From IMG/VR virus record IMGVR_UViG_3300021197_000592, positions 1 through 64,000 of that record: a stretch of DNA of 64,000 bases; one strand, given 5' to 3'. This DNA comes from a virus. Shown here one piece after another: positions 25,456 through 34,334 of the stretch. The position numbers and the translations under genes were made by a program. The number at the start of each line of letters is the position of its first letter. Position 1 is the stretch's first letter. The notes under the pieces were generated by a model. The model ran no database searches. It was not told the DNA's origin and saw only the letters and a program-made list of their open reading frames with translations.

Positions 25456-26826
25456 ATGAGCAATGGACATATTAGAACAATAACAGACCTAGAAGCCAGC
25501 ACCTATGGCATGGTCGGAGGAACAGGGAACGCCCTGCTGAAGTCAGCAGGAGTAGTTGGAGGATTTGGAACCCCGCACGACAATTCGGGCAACAACTTCA
25601 GCGGTGCAAGTGGGCTTGGTGACCTATACAACTTGCTATACGGACAGAAAGTCTGGTCAATGCTAAATCAGGAAGTCAACGCACTGTCGATGATTTCCAA
25701 GAGGCCATACACTTCCAGTGGTTGGAGGGTTCTCAAGAGCCGACCTGCTGGTGGTAGTGGAAACGCATTCGCGGTTGGTACACAAGACCCCGGTGCAACT
25801 ACGGCTGACCTATCTGGAATATCCGCAGACAAGATTGGTGGTGTTGGAGAGAACGCAGTGCTTGGAGGAGATGCTTCATTCAGAGCATTGTCTCCTGAGT
25901 ACACGAAACTCTACGTCAGTCCAAAGACTGTGGCACACCTCTTTGAGTTCTCTGAACTCGGAATGGAGTTGGCTGCAATCGATGACGGTGTTGGTGACAT
26001 ACGCTCCATAGTCCGTGAGGACATGGGTAAGCACCACGCAGAGGTTCAGAACAAGATGCTTCTGATGCCACTAGAGTTCTACGACAAGGCAGAGTATGAC
26101 GAGATTGAGGAGAACTACACTTCTCTATTGAAGATAGTCTCGTCTGCCGGTGAACTTGCTGCAATGGGTGACGCAGATATGGGTGAGCAGAGTGCTGCCG
26201 CCGCAACACTGCCAGTCACACAGACCAAGATTTTCGGTGCAACCAGAACTGTCGCTAACAGCAGTGGTGACTACACTGGTACTGAGGACTTCCTCTCAGC
26301 AGAGGTTGACTTCGGTGCAGGATATGCCGCTGGTAACGCAAGGGTTCTAACCCTGACCCTCCTAAACGACATGATTAGGAGAATCAGGCAGAACGGAGGT
26401 AACCCCAAGGTCATGATTACTGGATACGATACTATCCAGCACATCTCTGACCTACTACAGAGCCAAGAGAGGTTCATGGACAGGAAGGAAATCGTACCTA
26501 CCCACAACGGAGTTCGTGGAGTAAAGGGTGCAGAGGTCGGATTCAGAGTTGCAACATACTATGACATCCCACTGATTCCAGCCAAGGACATGACACAGAC
26601 TGGTAATGCGACTGCAAACAAGTTGAGTGACATACTCATCCTAGACACTGACCACCTGTGGCTATCTGTAATGAAGCCGACTCAGTATTTCGAGAACGGT
26701 ATCACCAACGGTGACCCATTCGGGGTCGGAAAACTTGGGAACCAAGGCATGTACCGCACAATGGGCGAGACAGGCTGTTCGTTCTTCAAGGGTCAAGGAA
26801 AGATTACCAACATAACGAGTGCGTGA
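25456..26826 (+). CDS. major capsid protein (HK97 fold)
   Basis: Size and position after protease; strong GAGGTGA SD; capsid-like C-terminal pattern (IPLIP...ILILDT...YRTMGE). Confidence 0.9.
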   Translation: MSNGHIRTITDLEASTYGMVGGTGNALLKSAGVVGGFGTPHDNSGNNFSGASGLGDLYNLLYGQKVWSMLNQEVNALSMISKRPYTSSGWRVLKSRPAGGSGNAFAVGTQDPGATTADLSGISADKIGGVGENAVLGGDASFRALSPEYTKLYVSPKTVAHLFEFSELGMELAAIDDGVGDIRSIVREDMGKHHAEVQNKMLLMPLEFYDKAEYDEIEENYTSLLKIVSSAGELAAMGDADMGEQSAAAATLPVTQTKIFGATRTVANSSGDYTGTEDFLSAEVDFGAGYAAGNARVLTLTLLNDMIRRIRQNGGNPKVMITGYDTIQHISDLLQSQERFMDRKEIVPTHNGVRGVKGAEVGFRVATYYDIPLIPAKDMTQTGNATANKLSDILILDTDHLWLSVMKPTQYFENGITNGDPFGVGKLGNQGMYRTMGETGCSFFKGQGKITNITSA

Positions 26827-26835
26827 GGTGTTTAA

Positions 26836-27195
26836 GTGGCAGTTACAGTTACTTTAATCGCTGACCATAAGGGCTTTACTGGCCCTAAAGTAATGGGCGA
26901 TGAGTATTGTGTTGACGCGCTTTGCAACGTCACTGCATACACGACTGGCGGAGAAGTGGTAACGGCAGCATCCTTGGGCCTATCTAGCATCAATCAAGTA
27001 TTGATTACTGGTAGGGAAGAGTCTGCTTCCAACGTTATCGTGGACAGCGTGCATACAGAAGTTAGTGCGACAGGGGACTATGAGTCCAATACCTCGTTCA
27101 AACTACACGCGACCATAAAGTCAACTGGTGCGGCTACCGGAAGCGGTGCTACAACAGTCAACATGGTAAGAGTCCGAGTATACGGGCTTCTTTGA
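26836..27195 (+). CDS. small beta-rich virion protein, head decoration/cement candidate
   Basis: Immediately after capsid gene, before the hairpin; GAGGTG SD. Confidence 0.55.
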   Translation: MAVTVTLIADHKGFTGPKVMGDEYCVDALCNVTAYTTGGEVVTAASLGLSSINQVLITGREESASNVIVDSVHTEVSATGDYESNTSFKLHATIKSTGAATGSGATTVNMVRVRVYGLL

Positions 27196-27207
27196 GTAAA
27201 ACATAAA

Positions 27208-27249
27208 GTAGCGGCCCTCTTCCTAGAGTAACAGGAAGGGGGTTGCTAC
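27208..27249 (+). terminator. 17-bp RNA hairpin (3 G-U pairs), loop AGAGTAAC; attenuator/stabiliser candidate
   Basis: GTAGCGGCCCTCTTCCT pairs with AGGAAGGGGGTTGCTAC; no U-tract. Confidence 0.65.
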
Positions 27250-27269
27250 CCCCAATTTATGGTGTGAAT

Positions 27270-27761
27270 ATGGCAGTAGTAAGAAGCAAAAACGGTGGTA
27301 AAATACAGTGGCAGGGATACACTTTCGATAGGAACGGTACGAGAGTTCCTACCAGAAAGGGTATTCTGCTTTACGGCGATAGAAACGTACATGTAGAATT
27401 CACAGCAGACGACAAGAGAGAGATTCAAAGGTTGATGGAACAGAATCCTCACAAGGTAAGACACCTATCCAAAATGCTGAAACTTCGCGGTCCTGATGGA
27501 AAGGGTGTAATGGATAACCTATATCCAAAATCTAGAACAGAGAAACTAATGGGAAGAAAGAAGGCTCCTGCACCTGAGATAGCAGAGGTAAAGGAAGAGC
27601 CAAAGGAAGAACCAAAGGAAGAGAAGAAGGAGGGAAAACCACTTCCTCCTGACTTAAACAAACTCACAGTGAAAGTCCTAAAGGAACTCTTAGAAGAAAG
27701 AGGACTTTCTACAGAAGGTAGAAAAGCAGACCTGATTAAGACACTAACTGAGGGAGCATAG
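27270..27761 (+). CDS. protein with C-terminal SAP (helix-extended-helix) domain
   Basis: LNKLTVKVLKELLEERGLSTEGRKADLIKTL; KEEP linker repeats. Confidence 0.8.
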   Translation: MAVVRSKNGGKIQWQGYTFDRNGTRVPTRKGILLYGDRNVHVEFTADDKREIQRLMEQNPHKVRHLSKMLKLRGPDGKGVMDNLYPKSRTEKLMGRKKAPAPEIAEVKEEPKEEPKEEKKEGKPLPPDLNKLTVKVLKELLEERGLSTEGRKADLIKTLTEGA

Positions 27762-28072
27762 TGGCAAGCAGTGGGACTTGTTTTACCAGCGGTGTAAGAA
27801 CTGCTGATGCTATCATATGCACGGGTAGATGCAAACTGGTTTCCATACACGCATCTACAGTCACATCTGGAACATTCACCGTCAAGGTCTTTGACAGCGC
27901 TGATAACGACCCAAGTTCAGCAGGTGAGGTAGAGGTGGCACGATTGCAGATTAGTTCGACAGGAGCGACTAACGGGCAATCAATGGAATATGACATGCAT
28001 GGGGTAGTATGCCAAAACGGTATCTTTGTCGATGTGACAGGTACTGGTGCTTACTCGATAGAATTTGCGTGA
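27761..28072 (+). CDS. small beta-strand protein, probably structural
   Basis: ORF track; coupled start. Confidence 0.6.
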   Translation: MASSGTCFTSGVRTADAIICTGRCKLVSIHASTVTSGTFTVKVFDSADNDPSSAGEVEVARLQISSTGATNGQSMEYDMHGVVCQNGIFVDVTGTGAYSIEFA

Positions 28073-28077
28073 TAAAT

Positions 28078-28500
28078 ATGCCAAGTATAGATACAGACAC
28101 AAGATTAGTGATGACAATACTGTTCGTAGGAGCAGTCAGTGGAATAAACATTTACTTCTATTCCCAATACGGAATGAGTTTCCCATACGGAGCAGAGGAA
28201 CATGCTGTCCTCTTCGGTATATCCACCATAGGTGGGATTATGATTTTAAAAGCCCTATTCGATATGATTCTCAATGATTGGATTGAGGAATTCTTGCTAC
28301 AGAGGAGAATAGACGCTTATTGGTCTAGGAAGGCTAGGGAAGAGGAGAACAGAAAGAGAGTCAGGGACTCTTTCAGGCAGTTCCAACAGAACTGGAACCA
28401 GACAGTGGTTTCTCCCCCTAACGTCTATGGTGACAGCAACCTTCCAAACCTGAACCCAAACACACCGGGTTCTTTCCTAACCTTGGAGACAGAACAGTGA
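28078..28500 (+). CDS. membrane protein, two predicted TM helices plus charged tail
   Basis: LVMTILFVGAVSGINIYFY and AVLFGISTIGGIMILKALF. Confidence 0.75.
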   Translation: MPSIDTDTRLVMTILFVGAVSGINIYFYSQYGMSFPYGAEEHAVLFGISTIGGIMILKALFDMILNDWIEEFLLQRRIDAYWSRKAREEENRKRVRDSFRQFQQNWNQTVVSPPNVYGDSNLPNLNPNTPGSFLTLETEQ

Positions 28501-28513
28501 GGGAGTGATGTGA

Positions 28514-28738
28514 GTGGTCAGCGAAATCCTATTTGGAATGGATGAGTCAACACTTGCATATGACTTACAAAGAGCGCATTCTGCTGATATCTGGTTCTTA
28601 CGGGCTAGGTTCTGGTTTTGGGGGATAGTATCCTGTCTCTCTAGTTTTGTAGTGGGACAGGCCTTGGCTGTCTTTGGGATTAATACTCTATCCATAGCAT
28701 GGAATGGCTTAGTGGATTTCTGGAATCATCTGTGGTGA
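28514..28738 (+). CDS. small membrane protein
   Basis: FWFWGIVSCLSSFVVGQALAVFGI hydrophobic segment plus Trp-rich end. Confidence 0.7.
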   Translation: MVSEILFGMDESTLAYDLQRAHSADIWFLRARFWFWGIVSCLSSFVVGQALAVFGINTLSIAWNGLVDFWNHLW

Positions 28739-28742
28739 TATC

Positions 28743-29414
28743 TTGTCAGTAATGGCAGGATTTGCCATATTGATTGTCGAGGGACTTAACAAGATATACC
28801 AGAGAATACATGCAATTAACTTTGGAATATACGGTGCAAGTCAAGCGGGGAAGACAACATTGAATCACCAGTTGAGAACAAGGGGTGAGGTTCCGGATAT
28901 TCGACATAGGACAGAGGGATTGCAACGTGCAAGTAGGAAGTACGTCAAACTAGATGGAGATGCACATACAGTCAAGACGGCTGACTTAGGAGGACAGACG
29001 GTCTATTGGCAAGAGTGGATTAAGGACATGAAAGAGAGGAAAGTGAAGTATGTCATATTCATGATTGACGATAGACACATGAACAAGCATTATGACATCG
29101 AACAGCAATTGTGTTGGACGTTCCTAGTAGATACAATCTGTGAACCATATTGGCATCACAATGGTAAGAAGAAGAAAAAGAGGGAGGCAGATTACCCAAT
29201 TGCAGTGTCAATATGGGCTAACAAATATGACTTGTGGAAGGATAGGTATGAACACGATGGACCGATAGAAAGCCATCCTATTTTCGCCGCATTCAGAGAA
29301 GGAATGCAGAAGTTAAACGACAAGGGAATACCCTGTCACAAGTACATTGTAAGTGCCAAATCTGACTCGGAGATGGTTTACAGGGGTGTCCTAACAATGA
29401 TAAAGGACTACTAG
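28743..29414 (+). CDS. small GTPase, Arf/Arl/Sar-like (Ras superfamily)
   Basis: G1 GASQAGKT, G2 RTEG, G3 DLGGQ, VIFMID, G4 ANKYD, G5 SAK; hydrophobic N-terminal helix. Confidence 0.88.
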   Translation: MSVMAGFAILIVEGLNKIYQRIHAINFGIYGASQAGKTTLNHQLRTRGEVPDIRHRTEGLQRASRKYVKLDGDAHTVKTADLGGQTVYWQEWIKDMKERKVKYVIFMIDDRHMNKHYDIEQQLCWTFLVDTICEPYWHHNGKKKKKREADYPIAVSIWANKYDLWKDRYEHDGPIESHPIFAAFREGMQKLNDKGIPCHKYIVSAKSDSEMVYRGVLTMIKDY

Positions 29415-29426
29415 AGGTGAACCAGC

Positions 29427-30101
29427 ATGAGCATGCAGTTTACACCACCTAGCCTCATCGGGGCTAACTCGACAAACGTGACGAACAAAGCATTCATGGA
29501 TAGGGAAGACGCTGCAAGAGCAGCCGGTCCAGTGATGCAATATGAGTACAAAAGTCTCAAGCAAAAGAAACAATTGAAGGAGATAATGAAAGTCCTGAAA
29601 CCAGAGAACAAAACTTTCATGAAAGTACCTTACAAGTTCAAGTACAACATAAAGGACAGATGTGTAGTTTGTGGCACACATAAGGTTTGGGAGGCTGGTG
29701 ATAACCTAAGACCACCACTTCCACTGCACAAAGTAAGGAAGGGATATCCAATGAGAGGAACATACTGTGAGAAACACGCAGCAATACACCGACAATATGA
29801 GATGCTAGAACAGCAGATACTAGCAGAGGAACATGGTCTTTCTTTCAGTGCATACATTCCAAAGGCTCCTTCTATGCAATCCTTGAATCCCTTGGCGAGT
29901 GGTCCCCTAACAAGTCTGAAAGCAACCGACATTGCTTCCTTGAGTTCATTGGGATGGACTATTAAGCCTCCTTCATCCAATGAGGAAAGCAAAGAAGAGG
30001 AATTATTTCGCCTAACAGTGGAATCAGACACACTTAACTCAAGAGTGAAAACATTATTGACTGAGGGTGCTAAGGTTGCTGTAGTGGAGAGTGAGCAGTA
30101 A
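29427..30101 (+). CDS. hypothetical protein with CxxC...CxxH Zn site
   Basis: CVVC and CEKH; GAGGTGA SD. Confidence 0.7.
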   Translation: MSMQFTPPSLIGANSTNVTNKAFMDREDAARAAGPVMQYEYKSLKQKKQLKEIMKVLKPENKTFMKVPYKFKYNIKDRCVVCGTHKVWEAGDNLRPPLPLHKVRKGYPMRGTYCEKHAAIHRQYEMLEQQILAEEHGLSFSAYIPKAPSMQSLNPLASGPLTSLKATDIASLSSLGWTIKPPSSNEESKEEELFRLTVESDTLNSRVKTLLTEGAKVAVVESEQ

Positions 30102-30805
30102 TGGGATTATTCGGCACTAGTAACGGCACATTGATGAATACAATGGCGTCCAATCAACAATCACAGTTCAAAACAATGAACAATCTTTTGACCCTACAAG
30201 AGAACCATGTAGAGGATTTCTTTCAGTATCATGGTGAGGCTTTCCTTGCGGCTTTCGCACAACTTATCGAGGATACTGTGCAGAAGGTATTGGGACAAAT
30301 GCTCCCTCAATTGAAGTTCACAACTGACAGTGCTGGTGTAATGAATATGCATGCTGATGCTACCACAGCATTTGGCGCGATTACAGATGCTAACATAAAC
30401 CTAGACCTACAGACCCTCCTTGCTTCTGCAATTAACTCAGAGGTAGTAATGCAAAGGAGAATGGCAAAAGCACAGTATTTGGAATCTCAAGGGTTCGCTA
30501 CGCCAGCAGGAGAGCAGCAAATGTCGATGGGCGGCATGGGACAGATGAATCCGGGTGGAATAGACCCCTCACAGATACAAGGTAACAGTGCCGCAGTTGG
30601 AATGAACAATACCATGATGCAACAGCAACAGGCGTTCAACAACCAATCAGGATATCCTGTTCCACCTGCTGGATATGACAACATGAATAATCCATACTGG
30701 ATTGACCCTGTGTCAGGTCAGATGTCCTATACACCACCTGCAAGTGGTCTTGGTCTTGCTAATGCTATGAGTAAGGGCATTGCATGGGCTAAGTGGCTTG
30801 CATAG
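30101..30805 (+). CDS. Q/M/N/G-rich protein with amphipathic C-terminal helix
   Basis: Low-complexity C-half; ends GLANAMSKGIAWAKWLA. Confidence 0.7.
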   Translation: MGLFGTSNGTLMNTMASNQQSQFKTMNNLLTLQENHVEDFFQYHGEAFLAAFAQLIEDTVQKVLGQMLPQLKFTTDSAGVMNMHADATTAFGAITDANINLDLQTLLASAINSEVVMQRRMAKAQYLESQGFATPAGEQQMSMGGMGQMNPGGIDPSQIQGNSAAVGMNNTMMQQQQAFNNQSGYPVPPAGYDNMNNPYWIDPVSGQMSYTPPASGLGLANAMSKGIAWAKWLA

Positions 30806-30814
30806 GTGGGGTGA

Positions 30815-32500
30815 ATGGGTAGAATCTATCTGGATGAAGACGTAAGCGCAGATGGGCAGACGTTGATTCTAGATGCCAATAAGAACGCAGATTATCAGAC
30901 TCTCATCGAAGAGAAGTTCTTTCGACAGATGTTAGCATATCCCTTCTCTTGGATAAGCAACAGGAAATCCAATATTAAACTGGATATGATACAGGGTAGA
31001 ATGGGTGGACTTCTCACCTACACCCAAGAAGAGTTTGATAGAGAATCAGAAGGCAAGGGATATGAATTTGATGAAGAAGACTTTGAAGACTATCAGAAAA
31101 AATTCCTAGACACAATGGAAAGTCAATTGATTGACGAGATAGTCAAGGACTTACAACGTGAAAATTTACTTCCAGATGACATCCTGTCTACTTCGATTCT
31201 TGCAAAGATGAAGGAAATGGGTTTCATCCTATCTGATTTGGATAACAACAACAAACTGCAAAGAACGATGAAAGCAAAGAAGACCGAAGAGGGATTCAAG
31301 GAAGGATTGCCATTTGGTGCTATGGATGATGATACTACAGGTGGATTCATTGAAGCCTTCCTTGATTCCAGACCGATACTGTATGAGGAGATAAAAGACC
31401 ACATAGAGGTTAAGGGAAACCAAATCATATTCGATACTGAGAAGTACATTGAACAGATATCAGTAGCAGAGGGCTATGGGAAGTTAGAGAAGGAAGACTC
31501 CAAACTAACCATTGCCAGCCCAAAGAGTGGTGAAGTAGACGAGACAGTTGAGATATTCAGCATATATAGAACCAATGATGGTAGATACAGAATGGAAGGG
31601 TTTGGTAAAACCAGACTAGTTAGTAATGTAGAGGAGACATGGGATGTGTACCAGAATCTACTTTCGATGGACAACTTGGAGAAGTACATCGAGAAGGTCG
31701 TTCTATCACAGAAGCAATCTCCGTTGAAAAACGTTCTACTGTCATTGGTCGAACCAGAGGATAGAATGCTGAACGTAGGTAAACTAGACATATTCGTGGA
31801 TAACCTATCTGCCGGTGACATGAAGAACGTTGGTTTCGGACTAAACAACCCGTTGACTAAGGAGACTTGGATGAAGTACGTGAGAAGTCTAGAGGGCAAG
31901 GCTGTAGAGGGAAGCAAGAAGGTCGGTGTTGTTGAGGAACTAATGATGTACGCATTCAACCTATTTTCAAGAGATAGACCATTCAGTGACTTAGACGACT
32001 CAAAGCAGATGGAAAAGGTAAGAGGATTGAAAGACTCTAAGAAAAAGGAGATACTAGACGATTTGACTTCTGAACAACTCTACGACATTTGGGAGGACAA
32101 CGGAAAACCTACGGGTGCTGACCTAAACAAGATTGATGATTTAGCAAATGCTCTGTACAATCAGGCTATGGGTAAGGATATCATTGAAGAAACGAAAGAC
32201 AGGGATGGCAATCCAATACCAGTGATGGAATCAGGAAAAGCAAGAAGGGGCATGGTTAGACTAAGGGTAAATTTCAGACCAACCAAACTAGTCAGTGCTA
32301 GGGACTATGAGATATATCAAAAAAGAATTGACGATAAGGGCAAGCCGATGAAAGACCTTGGAAGAAGGTCCTTGGGTGGTGAGGGACCAAGAACCGCCAT
32401 AGAACTAGACAGACAGAAGATGCAGGATACGGACAAGGATTTCAAAAGCATAATGGAGTTGAAGTTGGGATACAATAGATTGAAGGGGCTGGTGAACTAA
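30815..32500 (+). CDS. hypothetical acidic protein
   Basis: 561-aa ORF. Confidence 0.75.
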   Translation: MGRIYLDEDVSADGQTLILDANKNADYQTLIEEKFFRQMLAYPFSWISNRKSNIKLDMIQGRMGGLLTYTQEEFDRESEGKGYEFDEEDFEDYQKKFLDTMESQLIDEIVKDLQRENLLPDDILSTSILAKMKEMGFILSDLDNNNKLQRTMKAKKTEEGFKEGLPFGAMDDDTTGGFIEAFLDSRPILYEEIKDHIEVKGNQIIFDTEKYIEQISVAEGYGKLEKEDSKLTIASPKSGEVDETVEIFSIYRTNDGRYRMEGFGKTRLVSNVEETWDVYQNLLSMDNLEKYIEKVVLSQKQSPLKNVLLSLVEPEDRMLNVGKLDIFVDNLSAGDMKNVGFGLNNPLTKETWMKYVRSLEGKAVEGSKKVGVVEELMMYAFNLFSRDRPFSDLDDSKQMEKVRGLKDSKKKEILDDLTSEQLYDIWEDNGKPTGADLNKIDDLANALYNQAMGKDIIEETKDRDGNPIPVMESGKARRGMVRLRVNFRPTKLVSARDYEIYQKRIDDKGKPMKDLGRRSLGGEGPRTAIELDRQKMQDTDKDFKSIMELKLGYNRLKGLVN

Positions 32501-33597
32501 TGGGCAAGGTATCCTCCCCTAGTGATTTCACCTCAATCAATCCTAACTACACCACTGGTTTAGGCTACTATACCACACATACAGATGTATCCAACCTCCT
32601 ACAGATAAACTCCTTCACTTCTAGCACTACTCCTACGATAGCGGAAGTAGGCAAGATAATCAAGAGAGTGGAGGAGAAGATAGATGATAAGACAAAGACA
32701 TCCTATCGACCAACCATCTACAAGGATGAGTTTCATGAATTTGAAGGATTCAGCAAAAGTGCATATCCACTAAGGTCATACAAGGACTATGTTGGTTTTG
32801 TCCAATTGTCATATCCCAAGGTACAGAAGATTGTCAGACTAGAGGTTTGGCAAGGTAATGACTACAAGGACTTGGCTTCTGCTACTGCATCTCTTGACGT
32901 TCCTGAGTCAGCAACCACAAGTGACTGGACAATCACGCTAACCGTTGGTATTCCTACTACATACACATTCACAATACGAAACCTAGCGAACAACTCAGTC
33001 AGGGACTTCTATGACAACTTCGGTGCTAAGACAACTGCTAGTCAGATAGTAGACGTAATCAATGAAGTATACCCAATGAAGACTGCTAAGTTCACTGGTG
33101 AGACAGCGGCAAAAACGCTGAAAGATACTACCAATGCAGTCAATATCTCTGACTTCTTCTATGCGACCACAGACAGTGAAGACAGTTCAAAGGTAATCAT
33201 ATCCTCACTCTTGATGGGAGAGGATGGAACGAATTGCACATTAGCATCCACATATGGGACAGTAACAGGATTCACAGACAACCAAGACCAACGTAGGCTA
33301 GGTGACTATTGGAGCATTGGTGACGAGGGAAAGATATTCTTCCATTCAGAATACCCATTCACGGCACATAACTCAGTGCGTGTAACTTATCTTGCCGGAG
33401 AGGGAAGAGTACCTGCTACAATACACGATGCTGCTACTAAGTTAGTTGCCGCAGAGGTGATACGACATGATGACAATTCTATTCTGATTGCAGAGACTAA
33501 CTCTAACATCGACTTGAAGACCAAACATGACATTCTGATAGAAGAAGCCAACAAGACCCTAGAGGGCAAGGCAAACATGGTATACTTCATTGGGTGA
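32500..33597 (+). CDS. head-tail adaptor/neck protein with beta-rich insertion
   Basis: YYTTHTDV...IKRVEEKID N-terminus and VRVTY.AG..VPATIHDAATKLVA C-terminus typical of adaptors; position. Confidence 0.65.
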   Translation: MGKVSSPSDFTSINPNYTTGLGYYTTHTDVSNLLQINSFTSSTTPTIAEVGKIIKRVEEKIDDKTKTSYRPTIYKDEFHEFEGFSKSAYPLRSYKDYVGFVQLSYPKVQKIVRLEVWQGNDYKDLASATASLDVPESATTSDWTITLTVGIPTTYTFTIRNLANNSVRDFYDNFGAKTTASQIVDVINEVYPMKTAKFTGETAAKTLKDTTNAVNISDFFYATTDSEDSSKVIISSLLMGEDGTNCTLASTYGTVTGFTDNQDQRRLGDYWSIGDEGKIFFHSEYPFTAHNSVRVTYLAGEGRVPATIHDAATKLVAAEVIRHDDNSILIAETNSNIDLKTKHDILIEEANKTLEGKANMVYFIG

Positions 33598-33802
33598 TAT
33601 TATGTTAGATGCAAACCCGACTAGGATACTAGAAGAGATACTAGACCGGGAAAAGGAAAGAAATGAATTGCTAAAGGACAGTGCTTATGCCGCCTTTGCT
33701 TTATCTGATGAATCTGTAATAGAAGAAGCACAGAAGGCATATCACGCTCGTATGTTGAAAGAGATACAGAAGGCGACCAAAGAGGTGTTGAACGGTGGAT
33801 GA
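33590..33802 (+). CDS. small hypothetical protein in neck region
   Basis: ORF track. Confidence 0.55.
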   Translation: MGDIMLDANPTRILEEILDREKERNELLKDSAYAAFALSDESVIEEAQKAYHARMLKEIQKATKEVLNGG

Positions 33803-34322
33803 AGTGACGTTCATCATACGATTGCTAAGTGACAACTGGTCGTCTGCGGCTAGTGCCTTGATTTCAAGTGGAGATATCACATCCAGTCACAATGAAACCC
33901 CTAACTTCATTGATGTGCGTTCCATTGCCCCTAACGAGGGAAGAAGAGTTGACATGGACTCAAAGTCTGCCATAATAGTATACGAGGATAGTGGTGCTAC
34001 GGAGTATCCAACGATTGACTATGCAGTGAGAAACGAAGTGTTTGGCTTTACTGTTCACATAAGAACACTACACAGAAGAGACTTCTCGGAGTTGACCTTT
34101 TCAAGAGATAGGCTACAGGCACTTTACAGAATAACAAGATACATCTTTGAGAACAATAGCCTTCAACCCAAGGTGTATGTCAGTGGTAACAGTAGCAATT
34201 CAGTAGAAGATAGCGCACAATTAGTCAAACTACAGAGTCGAAGCGAAGCCAATGATAGGGGCAAAAGGTTATTGGGCTACAAGTTAACGGTTGAGATGAA
34301 GAGGATGGCTATCAGCGTATAG
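33795..34322 (+). CDS. tail terminator/completion protein candidate
   Basis: Size and position just before the tail tube gene. Confidence 0.5.
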   Translation: MDEVTFIIRLLSDNWSSAASALISSGDITSSHNETPNFIDVRSIAPNEGRRVDMDSKSAIIVYEDSGATEYPTIDYAVRNEVFGFTVHIRTLHRRDFSELTFSRDRLQALYRITRYIFENNSLQPKVYVSGNSSNSVEDSAQLVKLQSRSEANDRGKRLLGYKLTVEMKRMAISV

Positions 34323-34334
34323 GGAGATGAATAA

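Noticed and set aside
30101-30121. MGLFGTS as an N-myristoylation signal next to an Arf-like GTPase
   Set aside because: The pattern is short and common, and no N-myristoyltransferase is expected in a prokaryotic host.
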